This document shows, in pieces, positions 1-8,387 of a stretch of DNA of 58,767 bases. How positions within the stretch are numbered: the stretch's first letter is position 1; the number at the start of each line of letters is the position of its first letter. Made by a program: the position numbers and the translations under genes. The DNA lies in the NCBI GenBank assembly GCA_001788295.1, contig MGBO01000021.1, forward strand, positions 212,865 to 271,631, in the 5' to 3' direction. Source of the DNA: Candidatus Roizmanbacteria bacterium RIFOXYC1_FULL_41_16 (GTDB taxonomy: Bacteria; Patescibacteriota; Microgenomatia; UBA1406). A model generated the notes under the pieces. That model was not told where the DNA came from. It searched no databases and saw only the letters and a program-made list of their open reading frames with translations.

Positions 1-213
1 CTCAACTACCGGAGCGGCCGGAGTAACTACAGGAGCTTCAGGTACAGTTTTGACTGCTTCCTGAGCTAAATTTTCCAAATCCTTGGATAAACTTTGTAAA
101 TCTTTGTTAGCGTCTTCTGCTACCGGAACCACGGGCGGATTCAAGGGCTGGTTATTATCTTGGGCCGGTACAACGGTCTGAGCTTGTTTAGATTGGTCGT
201 TTTGATCATTCAT
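1..213 (-). CDS. hypothetical protein, N-terminal fragment (gene runs off the left edge)
   Basis: Absent from the ORF track because no stop lies in the window. ATG at 213 on the minus strand, then 71 sense codons to position 1: MNDQNDQSKQAQTVVPAQDNNQPLNPPVVPVAEDANKDLQSLSKDLENLAQEAVKTVPEAPVVTPAAPVVE. A canonical promoter sits directly upstream. Low-complexity sequence, no family recognised. Confidence 0.4.
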   Translation of the reverse strand, partial: MNDQNDQSKQAQTVVPAQDNNQPLNPPVVPVAEDANKDLQSLSKDLENLAQEAVKTVPEAPVVTPAAPVVE

Positions 214-219
214 TCTAAC

Positions 220-248
220 ACTATAAACAAATAAAAAAATTTTGTCAA
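220..248 (-). promoter_or_regulatory. sigma70-like promoter, leaderless geometry
   Basis: Minus strand reads TTGACA (248..243), a 17-nt spacer, TATAGT (225..220), 6 nt, then ATG at 213. Confidence 0.45.
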
Positions 249-255
249 CCTTTAT

Positions 256-963
256 TTAAAGACATTTGTGATCTTGGAGTGTCCGAACAATTCTTTGATG
301 AATCTCCTGACGGGAAAGAAGTTGATTTTTTTCAATACAGTCGACTCTTACCCAGTGCGGGTTTTTCTTAAGTAGCCATAAATAGGTTTCATCGACCTGT
401 TTGAGCAATTTGGTATTGCTTTCATTAATGTCCAGCTGCTTTCCTTTCAAATACTGGCGGCTCTGTTTTTGTTGAATCAGCTGCATGCTGATTTGGTAAG
501 GCACATATAAAAACAAAACCAGATTTTCTTTGGGAATGCCAAACTCTTTGTACTCTAGCGTTTTTAACCATCTGAACAAGTTGTACCGCAAGGCCGGCTT
601 GGCACGGGAAACCTGATAGGCCAGATTAGAAGAGGCATACCGATTACAAATAACCAGTTTTTTGGTTAAGAGGGCTTTTTTGATTGCCGGGCCGGCCTGC
701 CAACGATCAACAGCATAAGGCAAAGAAATCAAATATGGATTCAGGTTGCCGGCGTCGCCCAGTTCGCCGCGCAAAAATTTACCGATAAAGCGGCCAAAAA
801 AACTCTTGTGGTACTGGGGAAAATCAAAATAAGCGTGACTGATCTTTTGCTTTTTAAGGTAATCAAGAAGAAGTTTTGATTGAGTCGCTTTTCCGGATCC
901 GTCCGTGCCTTCAATCACAATTAGTTTTCCCAAATTCTGACTCATAGAAAAAAATGATATCAT
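256..963 (-). CDS. tmk: thymidylate (dTMP) kinase
   Basis: P-loop LIVIEGTDGSGKATQSKLL near the N-terminus, a size of 235 aa and a DRW/LID-type region, all typical of Tmk. Confidence 0.88.
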   Translation of the reverse strand: MISFFSMSQNLGKLIVIEGTDGSGKATQSKLLLDYLKKQKISHAYFDFPQYHKSFFGRFIGKFLRGELGDAGNLNPYLISLPYAVDRWQAGPAIKKALLTKKLVICNRYASSNLAYQVSRAKPALRYNLFRWLKTLEYKEFGIPKENLVLFLYVPYQISMQLIQQKQSRQYLKGKQLDINESNTKLLKQVDETYLWLLKKNPHWVRVDCIEKNQLLSRQEIHQRIVRTLQDHKCL

Positions 964-970
964 AATTTAT

Positions 971-1489
971 ATGAAACGGTTGTTGTTAATTATTTTGAGT
1001 GCGGCTCTGGTCATTTGGCTGGTAAAACCAGAGATACTTTCCCAATTGGCCAATAATGCCGGCAAGCTGATGCAAAAAAGAATAAAAAAAGAGTCTCGGT
1101 CTGTAGTCACCAGCGCCGTCAGCTCGGTAAATAAGTATGTTCAGGAACAAAGCCAGGCCGTTTTGGGCGAAAAAATTGGCATTAATCTGCAGATTAAGCC
1201 CGACACTGAAATTGTAGACGATGTTCCGGACCAGCAGCTAGACAACATCATTCTGATTGATTATGCGACAGCCAAGGATCTTAGTCTGGACCTTTCTGCT
1301 AATCAAACGTATTATCTGGATTTGCGCAATGTTCCGGAGGGCTATTGTTTGTACGTTGATCAAATTAGTTATTCTGTCAACAAGGATGAATATTTGAGCC
1401 TGAGCTTTTCCAACAGCGGCAGTTATGATCTGGCTTTTGACAAGTGCGACAAGAAACTGCAAAAGTTTGGCCGGGTTGTTGTAGAATAA
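971..1489 (+). CDS. hypothetical membrane-anchored protein
   Basis: 172-aa ORF with an N-terminal hydrophobic helix (LLLIILSAALVIWLV). No recognised motif. Confidence 0.5.
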   Translation: MKRLLLIILSAALVIWLVKPEILSQLANNAGKLMQKRIKKESRSVVTSAVSSVNKYVQEQSQAVLGEKIGINLQIKPDTEIVDDVPDQQLDNIILIDYATAKDLSLDLSANQTYYLDLRNVPEGYCLYVDQISYSVNKDEYLSLSFSNSGSYDLAFDKCDKKLQKFGRVVVE

Positions 1490-1493
1490 GGCT

Positions 1494-2591
1494 ATGCTTA
1501 ATCTAGAAGACCGGCTTAATTTAATCAAACAGGTCGGCGAAGAAATTATTAGTGAAGAAGAACTGAAAAAGTTATTGCAAGGCAGCCAGAACCTAGTGGC
1601 CTACGACGGCTTTGAACCCTCAGGCCAAATCCACATTGCCCAAGGCATTTTGCGGGCGATTAATGTCAATAAAATGATTCGCTCCGGCATTCATTTTAAA
1701 ATGTGGGTGGCTGATTGGCATGCCATGGCCAATAATAAAATGGGTGGTGATCTGGATAGAATCCAAACTGTGGGCCGTTATTTTATTGAGGTCTGGAAAG
1801 CCTCAGGTATGAATTTAGATCAAGTTGAATTTTTGTGGGCATCAGAGATAGTGAAAGATCCCGATTACTGGAAACTGGTTTTGAAAGTCGCCAAAACCAA
1901 TTCGCTGCGGCGCTTTATTCGGACGGCCGAAATTATGGGCCGGGCCGAATCTTTGGACACTCTCACCGGCGCAAATATCCTTTATTCTTGTATGCAAACC
2001 GCCGATATTTTTTACCTGAAGGCCAATATCACCCAGCTGGGCATGGATCAGCGTAAAGTCAATGTACTGGCGCGGGAGATTGGACCGCAACTCGGATTTT
2101 ACAAACCAGTTGTCGTTTCTCATCATATGCTCATGGGCTTGGGAAAGCCCAATACTACCTCCACTGACAAAATCACCAAAACAATTGATCTGAAAATGTC
2201 CAAGTCCAAGCCCGACAGCGCCATTTTTATGACCGACACCCTTGAGGACATTACCCGCAAAATTAACAAAGCTTACTGTCCCGAAGGTCAGATAGAGGAA
2301 AATCCGGTTTTAGAATATTGCCGCTATATCTTGTTTGAGTCTTTTGACCGATTGAATATTAAAGAATTTACTATTGATCGACCCGAAAAGTTCGGCGGTA
2401 CTTTATCTTTTAAAACTTACCCAAATTTGGAAATAGCTTTTGCTAACAAACAGTTACATCCCCAAGATTTAAAACAGGCCGTAATTGGCTATCTTGATCA
2501 ATTGTTGCAACCGGTACGTAATCATTTTGAAAACGACGATAAAGCCAAAGCCCTATTATCTCAAGTCAAATCATTTCAAGTCACCCGCTAA
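1494..2591 (+). CDS. tyrS: tyrosyl-tRNA synthetase, archaeal/eukaryotic type
   Basis: Colinear with the M. jannaschii-type TyrRS. Matching segments are EIISEEELKKLL, AYDGFEPSGQIHIAQG (HIGH-like), the KMSKS motif (LKMSKSKP), KINKAYCPEGQIEENPVLEY and RPEKFGGTLSF...LHPQDLKQAV. Confidence 0.92.
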   Translation: MLNLEDRLNLIKQVGEEIISEEELKKLLQGSQNLVAYDGFEPSGQIHIAQGILRAINVNKMIRSGIHFKMWVADWHAMANNKMGGDLDRIQTVGRYFIEVWKASGMNLDQVEFLWASEIVKDPDYWKLVLKVAKTNSLRRFIRTAEIMGRAESLDTLTGANILYSCMQTADIFYLKANITQLGMDQRKVNVLAREIGPQLGFYKPVVVSHHMLMGLGKPNTTSTDKITKTIDLKMSKSKPDSAIFMTDTLEDITRKINKAYCPEGQIEENPVLEYCRYILFESFDRLNIKEFTIDRPEKFGGTLSFKTYPNLEIAFANKQLHPQDLKQAVIGYLDQLLQPVRNHFENDDKAKALLSQVKSFQVTR

Positions 2592-2595
2592 CAGC

Positions 2596-2618
2596 CGTTC
2601 CAAATCGGGAATGGAACG
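2596..2618. terminator. hairpin between convergent tyrS and tatD (possible bidirectional terminator)
   Basis: A 7-bp stem, CGTTCCA (2596..2602) pairing with TGGAACG (2612..2618), and a 9-nt loop. No clear U-tract. Confidence 0.3.
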
Positions 2619-2620
2619 TA

Positions 2621-3445
2621 TTATCCTGGCAATCCGAAGAGAGAAACGGCGTTATTGGTAGTTTGGGTTGCTACATTATTGCTGCTGATTTCTTTAAAAG
2701 CCGCCAATAAATCACAGATCAAGATCACGTTCTTGGGTTCGTTTAGATTGGGCTCCCCTTCTTTGCGAGCTGATAAAGGAGTCAAATACGGACTATCGGT
2801 TTCCAGCACTAGTTTTTCCAAAGGGACTTGTTTGATAAAACGCTGCTTTTTTTTACTCCAGCTAAGATCACCATCCACTCCTATATATATGTGGTGTTTT
2901 ATCGCAAAGTCCAGCAAACGTTCGTCTGCCTCACAACAGTGAAATACCGTTCGATTTTTTAATTTTTGGTCCCAATTGTTTTCTAAAAGCGGTAAAAGCA
3001 CCTCGACTGCCTGGCGATTGTGCAGGATCAAAGTTTTATTAAATTCCAAAGCCAACTTGATCTGGGTAACAAACAATTGTTCTTGCGCTTTGACAAATTC
3101 CGGAGTAATTTTATAATCCAAATATTTAGTCTGCTCATACTGATACAGATCAATCCCAATCTCGCCCACTGCTACTACCTTTGGTTTTAAAATTAGGGTC
3201 TTTAGATTGTCCAATAGCTCCGAAACACCCCCGGGGTGTTGGACAGCGTGGTGGGGATGGACGCCTACAGCAGCATAGACGGACGGATATTTTTGTGCCA
3301 ACATTACTGCTTGTTGTGAAGTTTTCGGGTCCGCTCCCGGAACAATGAACAATTTCACTCCAACTGCTTGCGCCCTATTAATCATTACCTCTTCCCGACC
3401 CCGAAACACCTTGAAATTCAGATGACAGTGAGTATCAATCAGCAT
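2621..3445 (-). CDS. tatD: TatD-family metal-dependent hydrolase/DNase
   Basis: N-terminal MLIDTHCHLNF plus the later GVHPHH, GEIGIDLY, LILHNR and LETDSPYL motifs of the TatD family. Confidence 0.9.
   Translation of the reverse strand: MLIDTHCHLNFKVFRGREEVMINRAQAVGVKLFIVPGADPKTSQQAVMLAQKYPSVYAAVGVHPHHAVQHPGGVSELLDNLKTLILKPKVVAVGEIGIDLYQYEQTKYLDYKITPEFVKAQEQLFVTQIKLALEFNKTLILHNRQAVEVLLPLLENNWDQKLKNRTVFHCCEADERLLDFAIKHHIYIGVDGDLSWSKKKQRFIKQVPLEKLVLETDSPYLTPLSARKEGEPNLNEPKNVILICDLLAAFKEISSNNVATQTTNNAVSLFGLPG
3217..3240. repeat. REP-like palindromic element copy inside tatD (1 mismatch)
   Basis: gctccgAaacacccccggggtgtt, against gctccgtaacacccccggggtgtt at 17571. It is translated as QHPGGVSEL in tatD. 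Confidence 0.7.
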
Positions 3446-5018
3446 CTTGTTGTTGAATATACTGATAAATTTGATTTAAGCTCTGATTATATGGAAATCT
3501 GGGCAAGGCCCGATTTTCCAAAAAGTGCCGCAGTTTGTCGTATTTTTTTTGCTTGAGTAATAAAGTGGCATAATTCTCATAAGCCAAATAATAATCACCA
3601 TTATTAATTGCTTTCAAATAAGCCTGCCGAGCCAAGGCCGACTTGCCTTGAGCCTGATAAGTAACTCCAAGATTATTCCAATTGGTCCACCAATGCGGCG
3701 CAATGATTGTGGATTTTAAATAATGTTGCTGAGCTCGATCATATTGGCCGGCTCGATACAAATAGACCCCTAAATTATTTTCAAAGTCAAAGTTTCCGGC
3801 CGCCCGCGGTTCATCCTGCAAATACAGTGTAAGGCCGTCGCGCCAATCTAACGTCCGCCAAAAACTCCGAACGCTAAAAATTGTAATTACAATCAGAATT
3901 ACAGCGAGACCAAATTCACTTTTTATGTTTTTCCGATCCAATAAAATCATTACCATTGCTAGCCAGGCAAATAAAGGAAAATACACCCAGCGCTCGGAAA
4001 CGGTCATGTCCAAAGGAACCAGTTGACTATGAATTCCCAGACCAATTAAAAGTAAGGAACCAAAAAACCAAAGCAATCGGCTTTTTTGCTTGGAACAAAA
4101 AGCTGCTAGTCCCAAAAAAAACAAGCCATCAATCAGAAGTGGCAGGAAAAACTCCGACCATGAAATTTGCTTTACAACCCAATGCTGAGAAATGGCCAGA
4201 GAAAAGGGCCAAAAAAACAACCTCAAATAGTAGAAAATGATTTTGGGCAAAGTAATCAACCGCTCTGGCAAACTTGCAAGCATGATTGGCGACAATTTGT
4301 TTTCGTTTAAGCCGACTCCGGCCATACCAAAACGTAAAATTAAATATAAACAAACTAATAAACTCAGATAAAGAAAATATGGTCGCAAGGCACTTTTTTT
4401 AAACCAGATAAAATAGGCCGGCAAGGCCAGCAAGAACAAAACTCCGGTTTCTTTACTTAAAATCGAAAGCAGCAAAAAGCTAAAAATAACCAACCAGTCT
4501 TTTTCGGTTAAGGACTGTTTTTTTCCAACCCAAAAGAAAGCCAGCAGACCAAAAAACATAAACAACACGTCTTGCAATCCCGAGATATAAGCAACGCTTT
4601 CCACGTTTCCCGGATGCGCCAAAAACAGTAATCCGGCAAGAGCGGCCCAATGAGGCTTAATAAATCGTTTCAAGATAAGGTAAATTAAATAAGCGTTTGC
4701 CAAATGAATCAAAACTTGCACCAAATGATAGCCCCAGGCATTCAAACCAGAAAACTGGTAAATGAGCGTAAAAAAGAACGGCATCATTGGTTTGTAATAC
4801 ATTCCGCCCATTCCGGCAGCGCCACCGGTATTAAAAGTGCTTTGGGTAAACAAATAAGGAATGTTGCTTAAACTGCGAATCGCCAGATTATTGACCACCT
4901 GTTCCTCATCGTCCCAGACAAAACCATTGAACAGGGTCGCTCCATAAATCAGCAAACCCAATATCAAAACAATCCAGGGAAAATATTTGATTAGCTTATT
5001 TTTTACGTTTTTTAGCAT
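3435..5018 (-). CDS. GT-C-type membrane glycosyltransferase-like protein with C-terminal TPR repeats (TMTC/PMT-like)
   Basis: About 10 predicted TM helices. The first-loop motif NGFVWDDEEQVVNN carries the acidic DD/DE typical of GT-C enzymes. The C-terminus has TPR-like repeats (YLYRAGQYDRAQQHYLKS, GVTYQAQGKSALARQAYLKAI). Confidence 0.6.
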   Translation of the reverse strand: MLKNVKNKLIKYFPWIVLILGLLIYGATLFNGFVWDDEEQVVNNLAIRSLSNIPYLFTQSTFNTGGAAGMGGMYYKPMMPFFFTLIYQFSGLNAWGYHLVQVLIHLANAYLIYLILKRFIKPHWAALAGLLFLAHPGNVESVAYISGLQDVLFMFFGLLAFFWVGKKQSLTEKDWLVIFSFLLLSILSKETGVLFLLALPAYFIWFKKSALRPYFLYLSLLVCLYLILRFGMAGVGLNENKLSPIMLASLPERLITLPKIIFYYLRLFFWPFSLAISQHWVVKQISWSEFFLPLLIDGLFFLGLAAFCSKQKSRLLWFFGSLLLIGLGIHSQLVPLDMTVSERWVYFPLFAWLAMVMILLDRKNIKSEFGLAVILIVITIFSVRSFWRTLDWRDGLTLYLQDEPRAAGNFDFENNLGVYLYRAGQYDRAQQHYLKSTIIAPHWWTNWNNLGVTYQAQGKSALARQAYLKAINNGDYYLAYENYATLLLKQKKYDKLRHFLENRALPRFPYNQSLNQIYQYIQQQDAD

Positions 5019-5271
5019 TTTTCATTTCCTTTAATTTCCACATAAAGAGTGCGCCTTTGTTGTTCGCGTTGCTATCCATCACAAACGAAAGCGCCTCGTC
5101 CAATAAGAACCGCGGCGTGGTTTTGGCCAAACGCAAATACAGAGTTTTGTGCTTGGGGTCTTCTAATTTTTGACACAAATACAACCCAAACGATTGAAAC
5201 TCGCGACTGATATATTTACCGGACTGCGGATCAAATCGTTTTAATACTTTGCCGACCTGCTCAAAACCCAT
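4996..5271 (-). CDS. hypothetical small basic protein
   Basis: 91-aa ORF that overlaps the next gene by 23 nt. No motif recognised. Confidence 0.35.
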   Translation of the reverse strand: MGFEQVGKVLKRFDPQSGKYISREFQSFGLYLCQKLEDPKHKTLYLRLAKTTPRFLLDEALSFVMDSNANNKGALFMWKLKEMKNAKKRKK

Positions 5272-5284
5272 GGAGAAATTATAT

Positions 5285-5290
5285 TATAAT
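5285..5290 (+). promoter_or_regulatory. -10 box TATAAT 6 nt upstream of the fmt ATG
   Basis: TATAAT at 5285..5290, then ctgctt, then ATG at 5297. No convincing -35 element. Confidence 0.35.
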
Positions 5291-5296
5291 CTGCTT

Positions 5297-6145
5297 ATGA
5301 AATATGTTTATCTTTCCTCAGGCTTGTTCGGCGCCAAAGTATTATCTAACCTAGATCCCAAACCCGACTTGGTCATTACTCAGCCGGATCGAAAAGGCGG
5401 CCGCGGCTTAAAACAAATAATTGTCACGCCGGTAAAACAATATTGCCAAAAAAATGGCCTTATAGTAAAAGGGTGGAACCCTTTTCCAGATTGCCAGATG
5501 GCGCTGGTAGCCGATTATGGCGTCATTATTCCCAAAGATTTGTTAGACAGGCCAAAATACGGATTTTTCAACATTCACCCCTCTTTGTTACCCAAATACC
5601 GCGGCAGCACTCCCCTGCAGTCGGCCATTTTGAATGATGAAAAAATCACTGGCGTGAGCATTATTAAAATGGACGAAAAAGTGGATCACGGACCGATTGT
5701 AGCACAGGAGAAAATTGCCATTAGTAATAGTGATACTTATTTAAGTTTACTCGAAAAAACTGCCCATTGTGGCGCTTTGCTGTTTGCCGAATCAAACCGC
5801 CGCGGTTTGTTTGGGCCTGATTTGGCAGGACGATTAAGGCAACAAGATCACTCACTAGCCACTTACACCCATAAATTCACCAAGCAAGACGGCTATGTCC
5901 CAATTAGTCAGTTAATCCCCTACCTCACGCCAATATTTAAAAAATATAATCTGCTACATCTATTGCCCAACCAAGCGCAACAACCTATTAGCCCTAAAGA
6001 ACTTCATAGTCTTATCCGCGGCCTTTCTCCCTGGCCAGGCGTGTGGACAAAAGCCGAAAACAGGGTTATAAAAATAGTTTCAAATCAAAATTCTCAGAAC
6101 ATTGAGGCTCTAGAGATTGTTATTGACGGAAAAATATATTTGTAA
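5297..6145 (+). CDS. fmt: methionyl-tRNA formyltransferase
   Basis: Motifs VITQPDRKGGRGLK, FNIHPSLLPKYRGSTPLQSAIL and a C-terminal Fmt_C-like region. The start was moved from the track's 5249 to the ATG at 5297. This removes the overlap with the 4996..5271 ORF and places the start just after the -10 box. Confidence 0.85.
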   Translation: MKYVYLSSGLFGAKVLSNLDPKPDLVITQPDRKGGRGLKQIIVTPVKQYCQKNGLIVKGWNPFPDCQMALVADYGVIIPKDLLDRPKYGFFNIHPSLLPKYRGSTPLQSAILNDEKITGVSIIKMDEKVDHGPIVAQEKIAISNSDTYLSLLEKTAHCGALLFAESNRRGLFGPDLAGRLRQQDHSLATYTHKFTKQDGYVPISQLIPYLTPIFKKYNLLHLLPNQAQQPISPKELHSLIRGLSPWPGVWTKAENRVIKIVSNQNSQNIEALEIVIDGKIYL

Positions 6146-6153
6146 TTATTATT

Positions 6154-6162
6154 TGGTAAAAT
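6154..6162 (+). promoter_or_regulatory. extended -10 (TGGTAAAAT) 7 nt before the ATG at 6170
   Basis: TGG-TAAAAT at 6154..6162. No SD sequence before the start codon. Confidence 0.35.
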
Positions 6163-6169
6163 AGTTCTT

Positions 6170-7333
6170 ATGTCTGAAAAATTAAGGGTCGCAATAATTT
6201 CCTCCCTAACTGGCGGCCTTGGCCATTATAACGCTCATTTGGCTGAGCCTTTATCCAAACATTGTTTTCCTAAGTTTATTACTTATCCTCAACTCGATTT
6301 ATTGGGTATGCCGACCAAGCGAATCACCGATGCTTTTGTCCGGAGCAAAATCAAATGGCCCAGATTCGACATTCGTGAAAATAATCCGGAAAGTATCATT
6401 GAAATTGTTGATTATGTAAAAAAACACGGAATCAAAGTAATTAATATCCATATTGGTACCACAGTTAAACGTAAAATTTCCTATTTTATGACTTTTTTAA
6501 AGTATGCCAAAGAAAATTCCAATTTGAAGTTCGTTTTTACTCTTCATGATGTTTTTCCCTTTGACGAAGACCGCAAACTTACCAAATTATTAGCTTCTTT
6601 TTATTCCATGGCCGATCATTTGACGGTAGGCAATGAATTTGAACACAAAAAGCTTATTCGTTATTTTAAAATTCCGGAACGGAAAATATCAATCATTCCA
6701 CACGGTATTTACGATCTTTTTGATAACAACACGTATTCTAAAAACTTGTCGCGAAGCTATCTTGGAATTCCCAGTAACGTTAATTCTTTGTTATTTTTTG
6801 GGTTTTTACGCGAATACAAAGGTTTTGATTATTTAATCAAAGCAGCCAAGATTCTTAAGCAAAAGAAGCAAAACTTTGTAGTTTATGTTGCCTCTGGTCT
6901 CAAATATACTCCTAGGGATTTAGTAAAAAAATATCTGAAAATGATTAAGAAACTGGGCTTGGAGGATCGTTTTATTCTCAACTTAAATTATCTTGACACC
7001 TCGGATGTTGAAGCAGTATTTAAGGCCAGCGATTTAGTCGTACTACCCTACACTCATGCTTCTCAAAGTGGAGTGATGATGATGGCCTTTGGTTTTAAGA
7101 AACCGGTGATTATTACCGATACTTTTGCTGATAAGCACTGGGTAAACAACAAGGCTGGATTAGTTGCCAAGAGCAAAGATTCTTCCGACCTAGCTAAAAA
7201 GATTTCCTTAATGCTTAAGGATAAGGAACAATTGATTAAAATGGGTGCTTATGGCTACAAGTATTCTGAGGATAATCTAAATTGGGACAAAATTGCCAAG
7301 ATGTACTTTGATGTTTATAAAAAACTTCATTAG
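6170..7333 (+). CDS. glycosyltransferase family 4 (GT-B)
   Basis: GT-B layout with a C-terminal region (LVVLPYTHASQSGVMMMAFGFKKPVIITD) resembling the E-x7-E region of GT4 enzymes. Confidence 0.75.
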   Translation: MSEKLRVAIISSLTGGLGHYNAHLAEPLSKHCFPKFITYPQLDLLGMPTKRITDAFVRSKIKWPRFDIRENNPESIIEIVDYVKKHGIKVINIHIGTTVKRKISYFMTFLKYAKENSNLKFVFTLHDVFPFDEDRKLTKLLASFYSMADHLTVGNEFEHKKLIRYFKIPERKISIIPHGIYDLFDNNTYSKNLSRSYLGIPSNVNSLLFFGFLREYKGFDYLIKAAKILKQKKQNFVVYVASGLKYTPRDLVKKYLKMIKKLGLEDRFILNLNYLDTSDVEAVFKASDLVVLPYTHASQSGVMMMAFGFKKPVIITDTFADKHWVNNKAGLVAKSKDSSDLAKKISLMLKDKEQLIKMGAYGYKYSEDNLNWDKIAKMYFDVYKKLH

Positions 7334-8377
7334 ATGGATACAGAACCCTCCATCAACATCGAAATTACTGAAAAACAATCTAATCTCGTTGGTAAGCTAC
7401 GCAAACGACTCGCTCAAAATAAGCCAGCAGATGTGATTGTTTTAGACATGGATGGAACGGTGTATGGACTACAGAAAAATAAGAATAATGAATGGGAGAA
7501 AACAGGACAACCACATAATGCCGAGACAAGTAAAATATTTCGAGAAAATAATTTGCCTTACGGAATAGTTTCTGCCCGACCGGATTGGGACGAGAAAGCT
7601 GATCGTGAAATGAATGACTTAGGAATGGATACTTTGCCAGATTTTGTCATTAGCGGTGCCGGCACTCTATTATATTGGCGCGATACTCAAGGAAAATTGC
7701 AGCTTGATCCGGATTTTATTCATAAGTTACATGAACATCAAATTTCCTTGGGAAATAAACCGCAGCAAAACTATAACCCCCAAGCCATTTTTGAATTTTT
7801 AGATCAAATTGATTTATCCGGCCAGTTCGCTGGTCAGGGTTTTACCAAACATAAAATAGATACCAATAATGGTTTGGGATTTAATGTTGTTAGTGTTGAT
7901 AAAATGCAACTCTCTAAATTTAAAGAATTAATTTTAGAGCTCAAAAAACAACTAAAAGGAATAAAGATTGAGTTTTCCGAAGATTTAAAAAGACTCGACA
8001 GTACCGGTGAGACTTTTTCCGGATGGGTACAGTTGGTACCGTCTATTGCCGGAAAAGACGATGCTCTACGCTATACATTGGAAAAGATAAATCAGGATCT
8101 TGGAGCAAAACCCAGGGCTCACATTTTTGGCGACGCCTCAGTTGATGTTTGGATGCTCGCCATGGGAGCATCTTCAAAAGATGAATATGAATGCCAACAA
8201 TATGCGCTGAATAACCTTACTCCCTTAGCCAGAACCAAACTGGAACCAGTTATTCAAGTACTTTCTTCAAAAAAAGCAGTCGAATTGAAAGAAAGGGGGT
8301 ATCCTCAGGCCAATCTACAAATACTACCTAAGCCTTCATCAGCAGGTATTCTTGATATCACTATGGAAATTGCGTAA
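7334..8377 (+). CDS. HAD-superfamily (IIB-like) sugar-phosphate phosphatase-like protein
   Basis: HAD motif I VIVLDMDGTVY, motif II GIVSARP and motif IV-like FGDASVDVWM. The start codon abuts the stop of the upstream GT4 gene (TAGATG). Confidence 0.6.
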   Translation: MDTEPSINIEITEKQSNLVGKLRKRLAQNKPADVIVLDMDGTVYGLQKNKNNEWEKTGQPHNAETSKIFRENNLPYGIVSARPDWDEKADREMNDLGMDTLPDFVISGAGTLLYWRDTQGKLQLDPDFIHKLHEHQISLGNKPQQNYNPQAIFEFLDQIDLSGQFAGQGFTKHKIDTNNGLGFNVVSVDKMQLSKFKELILELKKQLKGIKIEFSEDLKRLDSTGETFSGWVQLVPSIAGKDDALRYTLEKINQDLGAKPRAHIFGDASVDVWMLAMGASSKDEYECQQYALNNLTPLARTKLEPVIQVLSSKKAVELKERGYPQANLQILPKPSSAGILDITMEIA

Positions 8378-8387
8378 GATTGATTTG

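Noticed and set aside
1238-2126. ORFs 1238..1528(-), 1835..2056(+) and 1842..2126(-).
   Set aside because: They are nested in or antisense to the well-supported 971..1489 and tyrS ORFs, and no motifs were found.
5249-5296. An upstream start for fmt (track start 5249, or the ATG at 5270).
   Set aside because: It would overlap the convergent or divergent 4996..5271 ORF, and it precedes the TATAAT box at 5285..5290. The Fmt homology begins at MKYVYLSSG (5297).
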